Shown: positions 1-12,325, counted from the first letter of the stretch. The stretch: 64,000 nt of DNA from Hyaloraphidium curvatum SAG 235-1 (GCA_025558095.1 JAIVFI010000010.1:754744-818743), one strand, 5' to 3'. Translations and numbers: made by a program. Notes: generated from the letters alone by a model not told the origin.

Positions 1-285
1 GCGGTGCTTCAGCGGCTCCGGCGGCGGCGCCCCCGCGCCCCCGCCCGGCGGCGGATCAGGCCCGGGACCCCCGGGTGGACCACCGTCGCCTGGGTCGCCC
101 GGATCACCGCCGTTGCCGTGCCCGCCAGCCGCGGCGTTGCCGCCCGGCGCGCCGTCGCCGCCTGGGGGATCACCGCCGTCCGGGGCGGCACGCGCCGCCG
201 CCGCCGCCGCCGCCAGCGCCGCCCGTTGCGCCTGGCCGTCCTGCGGGGCGTCGGCCGCAACCCGGGCGGCCGCAAGGGCCGCCAT
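1..285 (-). CDS. Partial Gly/Pro/Ala-rich hypothetical protein running off the window start
   Basis: Open frame from ATG at 285: MAALAAARVAADAPQ...GDPGDGGPPGGPGPDPPPGGGAGAPPPEPLKHR with no stop before position 1; low complexity, true start uncertain. Confidence 0.35.
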   Translation of the reverse strand, partial: MAALAAARVAADAPQDGQAQRAALAAAAAAARAAPDGGDPPGGDGAPGGNAAAGGHGNGGDPGDPGDGGPPGGPGPDPPPGGGAGAPPPEPLKHR

Positions 286-947
286 CAGCGCGGGCGCGGG
301 TGGCGAAGCACGGGGAGATGCCGACGATGCCGCTGGTGACGCCGGTCCCTCCGCGCGTCCCGTGGCAGCCGCCCGCTCGGCACGCACGCGGTCGAGGAAC
401 TCGACGAGATCGGGTGGAAGCGAAGCTAAAGAGACGCCGAGTGGCGGGTTAGCTGCGTCCGGGTTGCACGAGGTGTGCTGTCCAGAAACACCGGCACCAG
501 AGGCGTTTGCGGCGTAGGGACGCCGGCAACCCCCGCACCGCGCTAGCCCCATGGCGCGCAACGCATCGGCAGACAGGCGCTGCATCGCCAACCAGTGCTC
601 CGGGCTCCGTGTGACCCGAAGATGACCGTCCCGTTTGTTTTTGTTTGGAGTTGGCTGGAAGCGGCAACCATCAACCGGGCACTCATGGAGGCCGGGTTCA
701 GCAGGCGCCTCCGCCATCGGCACATCGCCGTCGATGCAAGATTGGTGATGATGAGATAGAGCTCCGATGTTGGCGAAAGCTGCCGCGCAGCGGTGGCATC
801 GAAGGCCGGAGCGAGTCTCAGAAGGGATTTGTGTGCACTGTCAGGGAGACCCGAGCCGCGCAAGCGCGACGCAAGCTCCCAATCACGAACGGGTTCCACA
901 CTCCCGGCCACTTATCGAGCATCGAAGCGCGCCGCCTTACATTCAGC

Positions 948-2184
948 ATGTCGAGCATCGCGATCAAGGTCGCCTGCGGGGGCGAGATCCGGAGGCTGGT
1001 CGTCGACACGGCCGCGACGGAGTGGAGCGAGGTCGAGGCCCGGATCCGCGGGCTGTTCAAGATCCCCGAGGAGCAGGGCATCGAGGTGCGCACATCGCGG
1101 CATGCCGTTCCGAAGGCGGCGGCTAACATGGGGCCCGGACAGGTCACTTACGTCGACGAGGACGGGGACGAGATCACCCTGAGCACGACTCAAGAGATCA
1201 AGGAGCTCTCGGCGCTGTCTTCCAAGAACCTCAAGTTCAACGTCGTCATCGGCGGCGCGTCGCCTGCTGCGCGCGAGGCTTGGACCAAGGTGCCTGCCAG
1301 CGAGAAGGAGGCCGAGAAGGTCGCCCCTCGGGCCGAGGAGGTCAAGGAGGCACCCGCCCCCGCTACGGTCGAGCCCGTCGAGGCGGTCGGGGAAGCCAAG
1401 GCCGAGGAGCCCGCCAAGCACGAGCACGCGCACGAGGGGCACCAGGAGGGCGAGCATGCGCACGAGAAGGGTAGCGAGCACGCGCACGAGCATGAGGCGA
1501 GGCCCAAGCAGCCTTGTGGGTTCCCTCTGTCCCTCCCGCCGCGCACCGGTCATCTGACACCATCTCGCGTGCAGGGTTCGGCGTTACCTGCGACGGCTGC
1601 GGCATGTACCCCCTCGCCGGACACCGCTTCAAGTGCACCGCATGCGCCGACTACGACCTGTGCTCGGCGTGCCACCCCAAGCGCGAGGAGATCCACCTCG
1701 ACGGCGAGAAGAAGCCGCACGGGCACGAGTTCAGGGACCTGGGTGACGAGGGCAGGAGGTTCAGGCCCGCCGTGCCGTGGTACGGCGTCGTGTGCGACGG
1801 CTGCGAGGCATCGCCCATCGTGGGCAACAGGTGCGTTGATCTTGCGCGCTTGTGCACAAGCAGATTCTGACATGCCCTTCCTCGCTTGCAATCAGGTTCA
1901 AGTGCACGACTTGCCCCGACTACGACCTGTGCAGCAACTGCTACCCCAAGCGCGCCGAGCTGCACCTCAAGCCCGCCACCGAGGACGCCGAAAGCCTGGC
2001 GTACGACCACGAGTTCAAGGACCTCGGCGTGCGCACGAAGCGCGGGTGCGGCCGCTGGCGCTCCCCGGCCGTCTACGTCGTGCCGCCCGGGGTCTACTAC
2101 GCCCCGCCAGTGCCGGGCTTCTTCCCCGCCGGGTTTCCGTGGCCCTCCGGCGACATGTACTACGGCGGTCGCGGGTGGTTCTGA
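948..2184 (+). CDS. PB1 domain plus two ZZ-type zinc fingers (p62/NBR1-like adaptor)
   Basis: [11 protein letters not shown] and [13 protein letters not shown] (PB1 OPCA motif); [29 protein letters not shown] and [29 protein letters not shown]; GT-AG introns at about 1086-1142, 1516-1574 and 1831-1896. Confidence 0.9.
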
Positions 2185-2451
2185 GCGAGGCGTTTGACAT
2201 GGTCCAAGAAGTCGAGACGGGACGGGCTGATCTCGGTGGCTTGCTGACAGGTGCTTGACTTGAAACCAGATGTACATCATTCGCTGCCTTTCAATTTGAT
2301 TGCTTTTATGAGAACGAGCTCAGGTCAGACGTGGTTTGCCTTCGGCTAAGGGCGTCCCTGATTCCGCGGGAGACAATCCGCACTCACTCCGTGTGTTGTG
2401 CGCGCTTCTCTGTACTCACTCCGTGTCGCCGTCCGCGACCCGAATCCCGCA

Positions 2452-4133
2452 ATGAACGGCAACCACGCCAACGGCAAGACCGAGATGAACGGTGCGGACG
2501 CGCTCATCGCCACGCTGGTGGCCAACGGCGTCACCGCCTGCTTCGCGAATCCCGGCACGAGCGAAATGCAGTTTGTCTCGGCGCTCGACCGCGAGCCGCG
2601 AATGCGCGGCGTCCTGTGCCTCTTCGAGGGCGTCTGCACCGGCGCCGCCGACGGATTCGCCCGCATGGCCGGCACTCCGGCGTGCACGCTGCTGCACCTC
2701 GGGCCCGGCCTCGCCAACGCGTCCGCCAACCTGCACAACGCCCGCCGCGCCTTCTCGCCCATCGTCAACGTCGTCGGCGACCACGCGACGTACCACCGGA
2801 AGCACGATGCCCCGCTCAACTCGGACATTGCCGCCCTGGCCAAGCCCAACTCGATCTGGATCAAGTCCGCCGACGCGCCCGACGACGTGGGGCCGGCCAC
2901 GGCCGAGTGCATCCTCGCCAGCTACGGGCCGCCGGGCGGCGTGGCGACGCTGATTCTGCCGGCCGATGCAGCGTGGCTGCCGGCGACCAAGGTCGGGGGG
3001 AAGGTCGAGAAGCCGGCGAAAGCCAAGGTCGCCGCGGACCAGGTGCAGAAGGTCGCCGGCGAGATCAAGGCCGCCAAGAGCCCCGTCATCTTCCTCGGTG
3101 GGTCATGCGTTGCTTCTGCCGTTGATATTGCTGACGGATTCGTTTCCAGGCACGGGAGCGTGCGAGGACGTCGGGCTTGCTGCTGCAGCTCGCCTTGCGG
3201 CCGCCGGCCTTCGCGTGATGAACGACACCTTCACCGCCCGGCAGGCGCGCGGCGCCGGACGGTACCATCCTGAAAAACTCCCGTACTTCGGAGAACAAGC
3301 ACTCGACGCTCTCGGCCCCACAGACCTTATGGTCTTCGTGGAAACGGTCCAACCTGTCGCCTTTTTCGCCTACCCCAACCGCCCCAGCGTGCTCGTTCCC
3401 GAGGGCTGCGCAACCACCACCCTCGCCTCCCGCGGGCAGGACGGCGTCGCCGCCCTCCACACCCTCGCCGACCTCCTTGGGGCCCCGAAGTCCGGCCCTG
3501 TCGAGCAGCTCTCCCTCCCCGCCTCCCCACCGACCGGCAAGCTCGACCCCGCGGCCTGCGCCGTGTCGATCGCAAGGCACATGCCCGAGAACGCGATCAT
3601 CTGCGACGACGCGGTCACCTCTGGCGCCCCGATCTACGCACTCACCAAGACGGCCCGGCCCCACGATTGGATTCTCGTAACGGGCGGCGCGATCGGCCAG
3701 GCGATCCCTCTCTGCATCGGCGCAGCGGTTGCGTGTCCTGAGAGGAAAGTTCTTTCGCTCAATGGCGATGGCGCGGCCATGTACACCGTGCAGGGGCTTT
3801 GGACCATCGCGAGGGAGAACCTGGACGTCACCGTGGTCGTGTTCGCCAACCACAGCTACAAAATCCTCAAGTACGTCCCTTTGTTTCGGCCCCTCGGATC
3901 GAACTGACGCCGACCTGCCCCGTAGCATCGAGCTTGCCCGCACCGGCGCCGGCCCCGCCGGCCCCACCGCCAAGAAGCTGCTCGACCTCGACGAGCCCAA
4001 GATCGACTGGGTGTCGCTGGCCAAGGGGCTGGGGATGCCGGCGGTGCGGTGCGAGACGGGGGAGAGCTTCGAGGCCGAGATGGAGAACGCGATGAAGGGC
4101 AAGGGGCCGTTCTTCATCGAGGCGGCGATCTGA
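2452..4133 (+). CDS. Thiamine-diphosphate enzyme, bacterial acetolactate-synthase-large-subunit-like / benzoylformate-decarboxylase-like family
   Basis: MNGADALIATL..GV..CFANPGTSEM, LFEGVCTGAADGFARM, LLHLGPGLAN, TPP motif GDGAAMYTVQGLWT...VVFAN; introns 3098-3149 and 3871-3925. Confidence 0.9.
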
Positions 4134-4216
4134 AGAAGAAAGAAGTCGAAGAAGAGATGCAGTGTACAAAGATGCTTCGGCCGCCGGCCGCTTTTTGTCA
4201 ACAGTGAAGTTGTGAT

Positions 4217-5290
4217 TCACAGCTTTGCGGCAGCCTCCATCCTCCCCAGCAGCTTCCCCACGCTCTCCCTCACCACCTCCCTCCCGCCGCCCTCGACGTC
4301 CCTCCCCGGGAACGCGCCGAGGATCGCGCCGAACGGGTAAGGCTCCACCGCGCGCCAGGCGCGGAGCATGTCCGAGGGCGGGAGCGGGACCAGGTTGGGG
4401 AAGGAGTACATCATCGAGATGGAAGTGTGCCGGGGGGTCGGGAGGAACGAGTCGGAGCTGAGGAGGATCTGGTCCTTGACGCCTGAGATGGAACGAGGAT
4501 GTCAAAGAGAGCAAGCACGACGGCGACCAATGGGGTTACCCTCGAGCTCGACGACGCACACGGTGCTGCCTTCAAAGTGGCCTCCGACATGCACTGCCTC
4601 GGCCCCGGCCACCTTCCTGCCTCCTGCAGAGTCCCTCGACGGTTCGCCAAAGATGGGCAGCTGCTCCCCGTCCCAGAAGGTTACGGCCGCCCGGTCCGCC
4701 TCGGGTATCCACCCTTCGTCGCGCCGGTGCACGAACACGGGGCACCCGCCGAGCTCCTTTGCCCAGGTGGCCATGCCCCCGTAGAAGTGCGGGTGCGAAA
4801 CGACGATTGCGGCTAGATCCTTGCCCCCCAGGGCCGCTTTCACCCCCCGCACCGACGCCGCGTCGACGTAGGCGAGCGAATCGAACATAACCGCGCCGCG
4901 AGGGGTAAGGGCGACCAGGGCACGCTGTCCGATGCCGAAGCTCGGGACGGTGAACATCTCGAAGAGCTGGATCGCGGCGGTGTCGGTTGATGGGCTGTTC
5001 GAGTAGGGGGAGACACGACGGACCTTGCCGTTCCCGCAGCGCACAGGCCTCAGCACATTTCGGTGCCTTCCCGCAGCCACCATCTCCTCCAGCGTCGTCC
5101 ATTCCTGTTTCCCGGAGCCGCCGATGCCGACGTACTGCCTGCGGAAGCGGCTTCGTCAAGGTTCCGCGACGCGTCGGAATGCGGCCACAGACCGCTCGTC
5201 CACGCAAATCTGGCATTCGACCGGACGGGATCCGTCGGGAGCGTCGCGCAATGGGTTGTTGCCGCACGTGGTGCAGATCCAGCGCGGCAT
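4217..5290 (-). CDS. Metallo-beta-lactamase-fold hydrolase with N-terminal CxxC...CxxC motif
   Basis: WICTTCG...CQICVDERQYVG, FGIGQRA, IVVSHPHFYG, GGHFEGS, MYSFPNLVPLP; about three short introns. Confidence 0.85.
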
Positions 5291-5381
5291 CGCGGGGTTG
5301 TTTGCCGGTGGGACTCGGGGCACCGACGGCGTCGCGCGAAGCAGCTTCCGGCTCCACTTCCGTTAGACTTCGCATACATAC

Positions 5382-7122
5382 TTAGATCTTGGGCACGCCG
5401 CCAGGACAAAGCCGCGCCGCCAGGTCGTCCAGCGCCGCCGACAACTCCTCCGCGTCCTTGGCCACCGCAAAGGTGTAGAAGTCCGGCCTAATCACCGCGA
5501 AAGACGCCCCCGTCCTCAGGCTCTCGAGGTACCCCCGCAAATGTCCCTTTTCGTCGACAACCCGCGGCACCTCCCCGCCGGCGGGCTCTCCGCCCTTGGG
5601 CATCACCGTCACCCTCGTCCCGCCGAGCGTCTTCCACACTGCCGCCTGCGCCTCACCCAGCACCGGCTCGCTCCCCAACCCGAGCAGGACCCAGCCCCTC
5701 CCCGCCGTTGCGCCCAGCATCCCCACCCCGCCCGCGCCGCGCACCGGGAAATCCGGCACGTACGCCCCCGCGCCCTCCCCCCTCACCAATCCCTCGCCGA
5801 GAAGCAGCGGCAGCGGCGGCGGCATCACCTTCCTCGGATCCCCGTCGTGCCCGAGCATCCGCGCGTCCCTGGCCGCCGCGGCGGCGGGGTCGGTGATGCA
5901 GATCACGCGGCCGAGGTCGACGGAGAACTGGATCGCCGAGCGGACGTGGAAGGCGCGCTCGGTGCCGTACGTGGAAAGGATGGGGTGGGGAGGGAGGGAG
6001 GGGTGCAAGAGGAGGTGCAGGAGCTTGAAGGAGAGGTTCTGCACGTCGCGCAGCCCGGAGCAGAGGCCCTGGCCGGCGAAGGGAGGCTGCAAAGGGTGAT
6101 CAGACACGACCCGGGCGAGCGCGAGCTGGCGGGGAAACCCACCATGAGGTGCGCGGCGTCGCCGGCGACCCACACCCTTCCGCGGCCCCACTCCCTACCC
6201 CACTTGGCCTGGAACCTGTACACCGCGCTGCGCTCCAGCTTGGCGTTGCTCTGGTTGACGTCGTACTTTTCGAGGAGCTGCCAGGCGGTCTCGGGCTTCT
6301 CGAGGTAGCCTGGCGGGTCGTTGGGGAGCGCCATGAATTCCCAGCGGCGGCGGCGCGCCGAGCCGCCCGAGACGAGGGTCGCGGGACGGACGGGGTCGCA
6401 GATCTGGAGGTTCAGGGGCTGGTAGACTGTGCGGAAGGTTGTAAGGCGAAGTGTCGGAACGGATTGGGGAGCTTACTCCGCGGCTCGTTGAGGAGGACGT
6501 CGACGATGAGCCAGTCGTAGAAGAAGCCGAGGTCATCCATGACCAGGCCCAGCTGCTCGCGGACCCTGGAGCCCGCTCCGTCGCAGCCGATCAGGAATCT
6601 GCATGAAGCGGCAGGTGAGACCATGACACGGCATCACCACATCAGTAGAACCCACTTGGCCTTGACAACGTCGTTCCCGCCCATCCCGTCGCGGGTGACG
6701 ACCTCCACGTGCCCGCCCTTGTCCTCGAACGAGAGCAGCTCGCATCCCCAGCGCATCGTAAGGTTCTCGTACTTGCCCGACTCGCGGTGCAGGTGCTCCT
6801 CCAGCACCGGCTGCGCGAACATCCAGTCGTTCCCGTCCGGCGGCGGCGGGATCCTAAGCAGCAGGCCGCCCTCGGCATTTTTCCATTCGTAGAAACCCGT
6901 GGGCTCGATCTCTCCGCCGCCCATCCCGCCGACGGCGTCGAGGATGCGGCCGCCTTCGCCGTCGATGTGCACCGCTCGCGGCAGGCCATAGGGCTGGTTG
7001 TGCTTCTCGATGGCGAGGACGGTGGGTTTCGAGGGCGCGGTGGCGAGGAGCAGCGCGAGGGTGGCGCCGATGGGGCCGAAGCCGCTGATGACGACGTCGA
7101 CCGACTTGGGGAGGCGGCTCAT
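5382..7122 (-). CDS. FAD-dependent aromatic monooxygenase, MhpA (3-hydroxyphenylpropionate hydroxylase)-like
   Basis: [55 protein letters not shown]-terminal VIRPDFY; intron-containing. Confidence 0.88.
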
Positions 7123-7440
7123 TGCGGTGTGCGCGGGTTGGGGCGCTGCAGAAGGAGGATGGTATTCGGGGGCGGTGATCCGTTCCTCGGTGTGCTCCTG
7201 CGCTTCGACTGACACGTGGGCGACACGCGGGGAGAGTGGCGTTGGGCGGACCGGGAGACACAGGCGGCCGTGCGGCCAGAGGAAGTCCGCTAAGGAACGA
7301 GCTTTCCTGAACACAGCACGCCTTAACCGGATTGACCCGCTTTCGGCTTTGCCGTCGCTTTGCCCCGCGGTTGCGGACTTCAGGGTGTCTCCACGCCTCG
7401 CCCCCACCGCCCCCCGCGCCTCCAATCACACCGCACCGAG

Positions 7441-8710
7441 ATGGCACCCTCCTGGCAGCGCCTCGTCCGCTTCAAGACGCCCTCCGGCGCAGTCGTCTAC
7501 GGCGACCCGTCGGCCTTCCTGGCCGGCGGCGAGCTCGGCACCAAGGCCCACGTGGTCGAGGGCGGCGTGTTCGGCGGCAAGGTCACCGCGCGCGTCGAGG
7601 AGATCGCCGAGGTGCTCGGGCCGCTCGAGATGGACGATGTGCCGGTCGTGGCCTGCATCGGGCTCAAGTGAGTGCCGCGGCGCCGGTCGGCCGGCCGTTT
7701 GGGGAGGTGGGGGGCAGGGAGGATAAAAGTGGTGGTGCCGCCGCTTTCGCCATCCCGTCGTCAGTTATTCGGCGATGATTTCTGCCGTTTGGTTGGTTAT
7801 GTTCGGCTGCCGATCGACGGCACTTCCGCCGCGATTCGGGGCCCTGAAGGCCTCCCTGCCTTCCCCGTTGCGAACCGTCTCCCGCCCTGTGATCCCGCCC
7901 CCCGCACGCCGCTAACTCCCCATCTTCCCCGCTCCGCAGCTACCGCGCCCACGCCCTCGAATCCAAGATGCCGATCCCCGAGTTCCCCGTGCTCTTCTAC
8001 AAGCCCAAGACCTCCATCGCCGGCCCCGGCCCCATCGCCATCAGCTCCGTCGTGGCCAAGCAGAACCAGCTCGACTACGAAGGCGAGCTGGGCGTCGTAA
8101 TCGGCAGGGGCGGCAAGGACATTCCCGAGGACAAGGTGGGCGCGGTCTGGGCGGCGAGGTCCTGTCGACGGAGTGCTGATCTTCCGTGCGCTTCTTTCCC
8201 AAAGGCCCTCGACCACGTGCTGGGCTACGTTGCCGCCAACGACGTCTCGGCCCGCATCTGGCAGCGCTCCGTCGGCGGCCAGTTCTGCTACGGCAAGGTG
8301 CGCCCCCTCCCCTCTGCCCCGCCTTCGTCTCTCACCCTTCCCCCGCTCGCCAGGGCTTCGACGGCTTCGCCCCCATCGGCCCCATGCTCGTCTCCCCCTC
8401 CCTCGTCCCCGACCCGTCCAAGCTCCAGCTCACCACCAAGGTCAACGGCAAGGTCCGGCAGAGCTCGCCCACCTCGGACCTCATCTTCTCCGTGCCCAAG
8501 ATCATCTCCTTCCTCTCGGCGGGGTACACCCTCCTCCCGGGCACGGTGATCATGACCGGCACGCCGAGCGGCGTGGGGATGGCCATGGGCCCCGACGCGC
8601 TGCTCAAGGACGGGGACGTGGTGGACGTGAGCATCACAGGGCTGGGGACGCTGAGCAACAGGATGGTGCACGAGAAGGCGCAGGTGTACAGGCCGCAGCC
8701 GCAGCTCTAG
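7441..8710 (+). CDS. Fumarylacetoacetate hydrolase (FAH) family protein
   Basis: WQRLVRF, CIGLxY, PVLFYKP, LDYEGELGVVIG, ANDVSAR, GKGFDGFAPIGP, TLLPGTVIMTGTPSGVG; three introns, the first about 270 nt. Confidence 0.92.
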
Positions 8711-8919
8711 ATGGTGCCGGCGTCGCCGTTGCCGGAACGGTCCGCGGTGTGCGGTTTGCGGTCCGGTCCGGCTTCCCAGGTCCGTGCGATGCGGCGGCTC
8801 CATCCACTACCTTGGACCCATCGGCGGAACCGAGGATCGATGATTACCTGTAGGCCAGGGCCGCAATGGGGGGAGAGGTGCGCGGAAGCGTCTATGGAGG
8901 TTGTCCTTCAGCCTCCAGT

Positions 8920-10105
8920 CTACTTCCTCCCCCGGCCCCGGCCCCTCCCCTTCCCTTTGCCGCCCTTCTTCTTCTGTCCCTCCTCCTTCTCCTCCGCCTC
9001 CTCGGCCCCCTTTGGCCGCAGCAGCTTCGACAGCCGCAGGAAGACGGCCTCGGGCTTCTGCCCGCGCGCGGCGCACCACGCGACGTACTGCGCGGCGATG
9101 CCGGCGTGCATGAGGGGGTTGCGGATCACGTTGAGGCGGAGGGGGACGGAGAGGGGTGGGGGTGGGGAGGGGGGGAGGGTGGAGATGGCGGGGGCAGAGG
9201 GGAGGGGGAGGGGGGTCGTGGGGGTCCTGTGGGTTCCACATTGGACGGCCAGAAGTAGTCAGTGCGGTCCCGCACGGGCGCCTCCTGTCCGCAACCCACC
9301 ACTTCTTGCGGTTCCTGAGCCGCAGGCGCTCCCGGACGGCGCGAGGGGCGGCGGGGGAGTAGCTCCACGGGCTGAACGCGGCGTACGAGGGCGCGTCGCT
9401 GTAGCGCGATCTGGGGGCGGGCTTGTCGGCCTCTTCGCCTTCCGGCGCAGCGGCAGAATCGGCGGCGGGCGCCCGGTCCTCCTTCTGGTCGACGACGCGG
9501 CCGTCCCTGATGTCCGCCCAGCGCGCCTCGACGGTGGCCGCCCAGCCGCCCATCCGGTCCGCGGCGCCGCTCGACTCGGAGGCGGGCAGCCACGGCGCGC
9601 TGTCGGGCACCATGCCGTCGGGCCTGTCGCGCCTGAAGATGCCGAACGCCTCCCTCGGTTTGCCGGCCTCCATCAGCGCCACCAGCGGCGTCGAGTCGTT
9701 CCCGCGCGCCACGCGCTGGAAGTACGCGTGCGGCTGGACGGTGCGGCCCCACAGCCTGTCGCCCTTTGCGTCGATGCCTTTGCGCCTCCACATGTGCGGG
9801 TACCAGCCGCCCTTTGCCGCGCGGATGCGGCGCTCGACGTGGCCCTCGGCGCCGCGCATGTCGGGCGGGATCTCGAGCGCCCGCGGGACGGCAGAGGGCA
9901 GCCACCCCGCCGCCGCGTCCTCCCGCGTCACGAGCACCGTCGCCGAGGCGTGCTCCGTCGTCGGCGACGCGCGCACCCGCGCCGGCGAGTGCAGGAACGG
10001 CTGCAGCACGTGCGCCGCAAGCTGCGCCAGCGGCGGGTGCCGCACGTCCTGCGGGAACCCGTAGTGGTGCTTGATGCGCAGCGACAGCGGGTTGATGCGC
10101 CCCAT
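8920..10105 (-). CDS. Putative nuclear-encoded mitochondrial ribosomal protein uS3m, N-terminal part only
   Basis: N-terminus MGRINPLSLRI resembles the S3 start (MGQKVNPxxxRL); after intron 9227-9299 the frame reads VPLRLNVIRNPLMHAGIAAQYVA, like the S3 segment after the KH domain; ends in a K/G/R-rich tail. Confidence 0.55.
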
Positions 10106-10414
10106 GGCCGCGCGCGGGGGGGGGAACGCGTTTGTTGGTGTTCGGCCGGGGGCGGTTAGCGCCTCCTATCAGCCCCCCAGCAGTTAGCCCCCTCTAACCA
10201 CCCCCGGCCCCCGAATCCCCCGGGTCGTTTGCCGCTTTTCTGCAATTCCAATTCCGCCCGCACTTACTGCCTCCACCGCATCGCATTCCCGGCCCCGCCC
10301 AGCCGGCGCACACCCTCGCCCCGCGCTCCCCTTCCCCGCCCCGAAAACGGCCCGCCCTCCCGCGCCCGCCGCTTCCCCGCCCCACGGCACCCCGCCCGGC
10401 ACCCCCCGCTCGCG

Positions 10415-10765
10415 ATGACCACCCGCACCGGCACCGCGCTGCTCCCCACCCTCCTCCTCCTCCTGGCCCTCCTCGCCCTCATCGTGCCCCACTCCGCCGC
10501 CCAGTCCCCGGGCTCCCCGGCCTGCCTCGCCTGCATCCGCACCGCGACCTCGGCGCTGCACGGGCAGATCTGCACCGGCCCCCGGGACAAACTCGACCGC
10601 CGCAGCGCCGTGTTCCGCCTCAAAGTCAAGGCGGCTTGTGCCACCAAGGCGGCGTGCGGCAGGGCGAGCGGGAAGCACTACGTCGGCGGCCTAAGCGGCA
10701 CCACGCTGGAGAAGGAGAGCGGCAAGGGCGCGGGGACGGCCGAGTTCGGAGGGGTGACGTGCTGA
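10415..10765 (+). CDS. Small secreted cysteine-rich protein (about 116 aa)
   Basis: Hydrophobic signal peptide LLPTLLLLLALLALIVPHSAA/Q, six Cys, GC3-rich codons, no intron. Confidence 0.7.
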   Translation: MTTRTGTALLPTLLLLLALLALIVPHSAAQSPGSPACLACIRTATSALHGQICTGPRDKLDRRSAVFRLKVKAACATKAACGRASGKHYVGGLSGTTLEKESGKGAGTAEFGGVTC

Positions 10766-11275
10766 TGCGGATGCGGCATGCGGAGCGGGTTCGGAAGCGG
10801 CGGCGGGGGCGCCGCACCCCGGACCCGCCGAGGCGGTGGAGGTGATCAGTGATCGCCGGCCGCGGACGGCATAGAAAGCCTGCCTTTGGAATCCCACGTT
10901 GAAAGTGCCAGCTCGCTCGTTCCGATTCGACGCCGGCCGCCGGCCGTCCGCCGTACCGGCGGATCGTGGGGACGGGCGCGGCAGGCGCGGCAGAAGATTA
11001 TGCATGGGAGCATGCCTCGCGGAAGCCGTCGATGCGGATGGAGGGGTCTGACGTGCCGTTCTGCCGCTCGCGCAGTCGGCCAGCCCTCTGCATGCTCTGC
11101 ATGGCCCAAAGTACGTCGGTCCATCCATGTCCGTGATACCAGGGGAAGACAAGGATCACGCTTCATGAGCGGCATCCCAAGCACAGGCGCCGTCGTTGAA
11201 GGTAGGAGCGACAAATACGACAACTGACCACAGTTGCTTCCAATCCACTTCCACGGACCCAAGCCCGCCCGCCGT

Positions 11276-11520
11276 TCAAAACGCCGGACACACGCTCTCC
11301 ACCGTGACCCGCACCCCCGCGGCCCTGAGCACGCTCCACAGCCCCAGCAGCACCGTGACCAAGCTGGCCGCGATCCCGCGCGCGGTGCCGTACCCCACCG
11401 TGATCCCCAGCACGCGCCGACGGTACCGCGCCGCCTGCTCCAGAAACAGGGCGAGCACGGCGTCGTGCGCGGCGATCTCCGCGCGGAGGGCCGGCGACGA
11501 AGAGGGCGCGGCTGGTTCAT
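11276..11520 (-). pseudogene. 3' fragment of the 7-TM family gene seen at 17304-18893
   Basis: ALRAEIAAHDAVLALFLEQAARYRRRVLGITVGYGTARGIAASLVTVLLGLWSVLRAAGVRVTVESVCP aligns with the C-terminus of the 17304 protein; in-frame stop just upstream and no 5' part. Confidence 0.75.
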
Positions 11521-11653
11521 TGAGTCAGAGGGGAACGAACAAAGGCGGCGTCCGCCAGTTCGTCGTAGTGGAGCGAGCTATGAAAGCTCTGGAATCTGTT
11601 TCGCGATCCTCCGCACTCTACGATCCAACGACACGGTCCGCGGACCTTCCGCC

Positions 11654-12325
11654 CTATCCATGCGCAACATCGAGGTCCAAGCACATAAAGTTCAGCTCCA
11701 TCTCGTGCTTGGTCCCCTCCCAAAACTTCCCACGCCCCTTGAGCACGAACTCGAACCTCTCGTAGAACTTGACGAGGCTCGCGTCGCAGTCCAGGTCCAC
11801 GCGCAGCCTGCCCATCCCCGCCGTACGGGCCTGTTCCACAGCCCAGGCGAGGAGGTCCTCCATCACCGCGCCGGCGATGCCCTTGCCCCTGTACCCTTCG
11901 GCGGTGGCCATCATCTGCACGTGGGCCTTGGCCCCGGGGCAGTACTCCTTTGAGTAGGACTCCGTGAGCGCCGCGACGCCCCCGACGTGCGTCATGTGGT
12001 CCGCCCCGTATTCACGTTCCCATTCCGCGAGGAATTCCGCGGTGGGCGCCGCCATGTCGAACCCGGAATCGAACCTGCACGAGCCGGTGCCGACCACGCG
12101 CCCGGTGCCGGGGTCGCGGAGGACGACGGCGCGCGCGGTGCCGGCGAGCATCGTCCCGAGGCGGAACGCGAAGACGAAGCGGATGAAGGGCAGGCGCTTC
12201 GCCGGGGGAAGCGGCTCCGCCGCGGACGAGTAGCCGGGGAGGTGCGCCAAAGCCGAGGCGCAAAGGTCCGTGGCTTCCGGGAGGGAGGCGGCGTCGAGGG
12301 GCTCGAGGGCGTAAGGGCGGTGCAT
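11654..12325 (-). CDS. GNAT family N-acetyltransferase
   Basis: Motif A MMATAEGYRGKGIAGAVM and LVKFYERFEF; intronless. Confidence 0.85.
   Translation of the reverse strand: MHRPYALEPLDAASLPEATDLCASALAHLPGYSSAAEPLPPAKRLPFIRFVFAFRLGTMLAGTARAVVLRDPGTGRVVGTGSCRFDSGFDMAAPTAEFLAEWEREYGADHMTHVGGVAALTESYSKEYCPGAKAHVQMMATAEGYRGKGIAGAVMEDLLAWAVEQARTAGMGRLRVDLDCDASLVKFYERFEFVLKGRGKFWEGTKHEMELNFMCLDLDVAHG

Noticed and set aside
7668-7939. Intronic C/D snoRNA in the long FAH intron (GCGATGA ... CTGA)
   Set aside because: Imperfect C box, no terminal stem, no recognisable rRNA guide; the long MIC10 intron fails in the same way
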